From Acidimicrobiia bacterium (GTDB taxonomy: Bacteria; Actinomycetota; Acidimicrobiia; Acidimicrobiales; SHLQ01): a stretch of DNA of 64,000 bases. The position numbers were made by a program, and so were the translations under genes. The stretch is taken from the NCBI GenBank assembly GCA_033344795.1, contig JAWPMS010000001.1:4152757-4216756 (forward strand), in the 5' to 3' direction. Below are positions 61,663 through 64,000 of the stretch, one piece after another. Position 1 is the stretch's first letter. The number at the start of each line of letters is the position of its first letter. Under the pieces are notes generated by a model. That model did not search any database and had not been told where the DNA came from. It was given only the letters and a program-made list of their open reading frames with translations.

Positions 61663-63008
61663 GAGACCTCCACGAGTTCGTGTACAGCACGAATGAAATC
61701 ATCACCGCGTGCCCCGTAGTTGGGGTATGCGTCGAAGGATGTACACCCCGGCGACAGCAGTACAGCATCGCCGATCTCGGCTGCCGAGAGGGCGACCCGC
61801 ACCGCCTCATCCATCGAGGTTGCGCGTATCACGTTCGTCTGACCCTCGAAGATCGCAACGATCTCCTCCGCGGCATCACCCATCGCCACGACTGCTCGCG
61901 TGCGGTCTGCGATGTCGCGCAAACCTCCGAGATCCAACCCCTTGTTCTTCCCACCTGCGATCAACACGACCGACTCGAACGCTCGGACGGCCGTGACCAC
62001 GGCGTGTGGCACCGTCGCTTTGGAATCGTTGTAGAACGAGACGCCCTCGCTGGTGAGAACGTGCTGAATGCGGTGAGGTGGGAGCACGTGGGTTGCGAGT
62101 GCGGCGCGAATTCCTGTGACGGTCGCGCCGAGTTTCACTGCGAGGGCCGCAGCGACCAGCGTGTTCGACACATCGTGTGGAAACGTCCGCTCGAGATCTT
62201 CCAGACCAGCGATGTCGACACCATCGAGGATCAGACGGCCGGCCTCGACGAATCCGTCGACTCCAGCGACCGGCTCGAGCCCCACGATCGTGTGCGGTCG
62301 GTCCGTCGGAAGATGCGAACGGACCACCACATCATCTGCTGGAGCAACCGCCAACCCGTCGGGTGGCAGGAACGCCCAGATTTTTGCCTTCGCGTTCTCA
62401 TAGGACTCGAGGCTCGAATGCACGTCGAGGTGATCCGGACTGAAGTTCAACCAGGCGGCCGCCACCGGCTCGAAACGTTCGGAGTGAGCGAGCCGGAACG
62501 AGGAGGCCTCCACCACGAATGCATCGAAGGCCGGATCGTCGATGACGTCGATCAATGGAGTTTCGGTGTTTCCGACAGCGACCGCTGCCACTCCCGATGC
62601 CTCCAACATCGCAACGGTCAACAGGGTCACCGACGTTTTGCCGTCAGTGCCCGTCACGGCAGCGATCGGACGGTCATCCCACCACCGGGCCATGTCGAAT
62701 TCGGAGATCGTGGGGATCTGATGTGCTGCAGCGATGCCGAACGCGGCGTGCGATTCAGGAACACCGGGACTGGGGATGAAGGCTGCTGCTCCCGTCAACG
62801 CGGCCTCCAAGGTCTCCTGATCAGGGGACTCGATGAGGTCGACACCCAAGTCGCGGGCGAACTCGCGTGTGGCGTCCGTGGGACGATCGTCGATGACCGT
62901 CACGACGATGTCGCGTCGTCGGAGCGCCCGAGCCACTGATTGCCCGGTGATCCCAAGTCCGAGCACAAGGGCTCGATCTTCCGACCGCAGTCGCGTCTCG
63001 CCTGTCAC
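61659..63008 (-). CDS. murD: UDP-N-acetylmuramoylalanine--D-glutamate ligase MurD
   Basis: V.GLG.TG.S.A..L......V...D, A.TG(T)(D)GKT(S)VT, GN.(E)(T)P, E.SSF(R)L, NDSKATN-like NDSKATV, GG..KG. The GTG start at 63008 overlaps the mraY stop (GTGA). Confidence 0.9.
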   Translation of the reverse strand: MTGETRLRSEDRALVLGLGITGQSVARALRRRDIVVTVIDDRPTDATREFARDLGVDLIESPDQETLEAALTGAAAFIPSPGVPESHAAFGIAAAHQIPTISEFDMARWWDDRPIAAVTGTDGKTSVTLLTVAMLEASGVAAVAVGNTETPLIDVIDDPAFDAFVVEASSFRLAHSERFEPVAAAWLNFSPDHLDVHSSLESYENAKAKIWAFLPPDGLAVAPADDVVVRSHLPTDRPHTIVGLEPVAGVDGFVEAGRLILDGVDIAGLEDLERTFPHDVSNTLVAAALAVKLGATVTGIRAALATHVLPPHRIQHVLTSEGVSFYNDSKATVPHAVVTAVRAFESVVLIAGGKNKGLDLGGLRDIADRTRAVVAMGDAAEEIVAIFEGQTNVIRATSMDEAVRVALSAAEIGDAVLLSPGCTSFDAYPNYGARGDDFIRAVHELVEVS

Positions 63009-64000
63009 GCAGTGATTCCTTGGCGGATCGAGTCCCAATAGAAGATTCCAACTCCGACGCCCGTGGTCAACCCCGAGATCAGCCAAAAGCGGATGATCAC
63101 GCGAGTCTCGGGCCATCCGGCGAGCTCGAAGTGATGGTGGATCGGGGCCATCCGGAACAGACGGCGCCCCTTCTGCGTGCGAAAGACCAAAATCTGCAGA
63201 ATCACCGACACCGTCTCCGTCACGAAGAGCAGTCCCATGATCGGTAGCAACAGATGTGTGTTGGTCGTCAGGGCGAGGGCGGCGAGCGCCGCGCCAATGG
63301 CCAGAGAACCTGTATCACCCATGAAGATCTGAGCTGGCGCTGCGTTCCACCAAAGGAACCCAACACACCCCCCGAGCATCGAGACCGAGATCACGGCGAG
63401 GTCGAGAGCGTGCGGCACGTCATAGTCGGCCTCGTGGCGAAAGGCCCAGAATGCGATGAACGTGAACCCGGCGAAGTTCAGGATCGCCGCGCCCGAAGCG
63501 AGCCCGTCGAGCCCATCCGTCAGATTCACGGCATTGGCAGACGCGAGGATGAGCAGAATCGCCCAGAGACTCCAACCGATCTTGCCGAGATCCCATCCAA
63601 TGGAGTCCCAGCGGACGAAGGACAACTCGGTGTGTACCGAGGTGAAGGTCAACAACAAGACGGCAAAGGCGACCGCCACGCTGACCAGACCGATGACCTT
63701 GGCGCGTTTGTTGAGTCCGAGGTTGCGCTCTCTCGAGATCTTGATCCAGTCGTCGAGGAACCCGACGAATCCGGTGGCCAGGATCGTACCCATGACGATC
63801 AGGCCGGTCCGCGTGAAAACGATGGATGTCCCGACGCCGAACAAATTCGCGATGTCCGCTGCGATGTACCCAAAGAAGGCGCCGACGAGAATCGCGATGC
63901 CGCCCATCGTGGGTGTCCCGGCCTTGACCGCGTGGCCCTCAGGTCCGTCTTCTCGAATCGGTTGTCCCACGTTGTTGCGCGAAAGAAAATCGATCAGAAA
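63005..64000 (-). CDS. mraY: Phospho-N-acetylmuramoyl-pentapeptide transferase MraY, 5'-truncated by the window edge
   Basis: GQPIREDGPEGH..K.GTPTMGG, NA.NLTDGLDGLA, F.GD.GS.A.G, PIHHH(F)E..GW.E. The frame stays open through nt 64000 (FLIDFLSRNNVGQPIR). Confidence 0.9.
   Translation of the reverse strand, partial: FLIDFLSRNNVGQPIREDGPEGHAVKAGTPTMGGIAILVGAFFGYIAADIANLFGVGTSIVFTRTGLIVMGTILATGFVGFLDDWIKISRERNLGLNKRAKVIGLVSVAVAFAVLLLTFTSVHTELSFVRWDSIGWDLGKIGWSLWAILLILASANAVNLTDGLDGLASGAAILNFAGFTFIAFWAFRHEADYDVPHALDLAVISVSMLGGCVGFLWWNAAPAQIFMGDTGSLAIGAALAALALTTNTHLLLPIMGLLFVTETVSVILQILVFRTQKGRRLFRMAPIHHHFELAGWPETRVIIRFWLISGLTTGVGVGIFYWDSIRQGITA

Overview
High-GC actinobacterial-type chromosome segment. 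The phylum call is an inference from sepF/divIVA in the dcw cluster, a mycothiol synthase (MshD) homologue and the his/trp neighbourhood; no search was run. The window has two parts.
(A) nt 1-23671 is a co-directional, tightly packed plus-strand accessory locus that looks like a cell-surface or biofilm-matrix system. It contains an EAL-domain gene, three divergent TasA/camelysin-like exported proteins, and an archaeal-type (SipW/S26B) signal peptidase. The peptidase is fused in frame to a ~1000-aa extracytoplasmic passenger that starts with its own SipW-cognate-like signal peptide. These are followed by a ~5000-aa giant protein: PKD, NHL propeller, LamG, Ca-binding Asp repeats, FG-GAP propeller and six CSLREA-capped beta-helix modules. 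The last gene encodes a secreted beta-propeller protein with Cys-bounded 82-aa repeats that carry a perfect 246-bp tandem duplication.
(B) nt 23.7-64 kb is housekeeping. It holds dienelactone hydrolase, fabZ, HU, an ECF sigma with a ZAS anti-sigma, a disulfide oxidoreductase, and a trp cluster (groES-like, trpE, ygfZ-like, trpC, trpF). It continues with hisH/hisF convergent with hisB/hisC, mshD, rlmN, menG/menA, dnaE, rluD, lspA and a DksA-like protein with a histone-H1-like tail. It ends with a dcw cluster on the minus strand: divIVA, sepF, ylmE, ylmD, ftsZ, ftsQ, murB, murC, murG, ftsW, murD, mraY.
No rRNA, tRNA, CRISPR array or transposase/integrase gene was recognised. All functional calls come from reading motifs in the translated ORFs. 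Start codons were re-picked by eye, often downstream of the ORF-track start, and are approximate.
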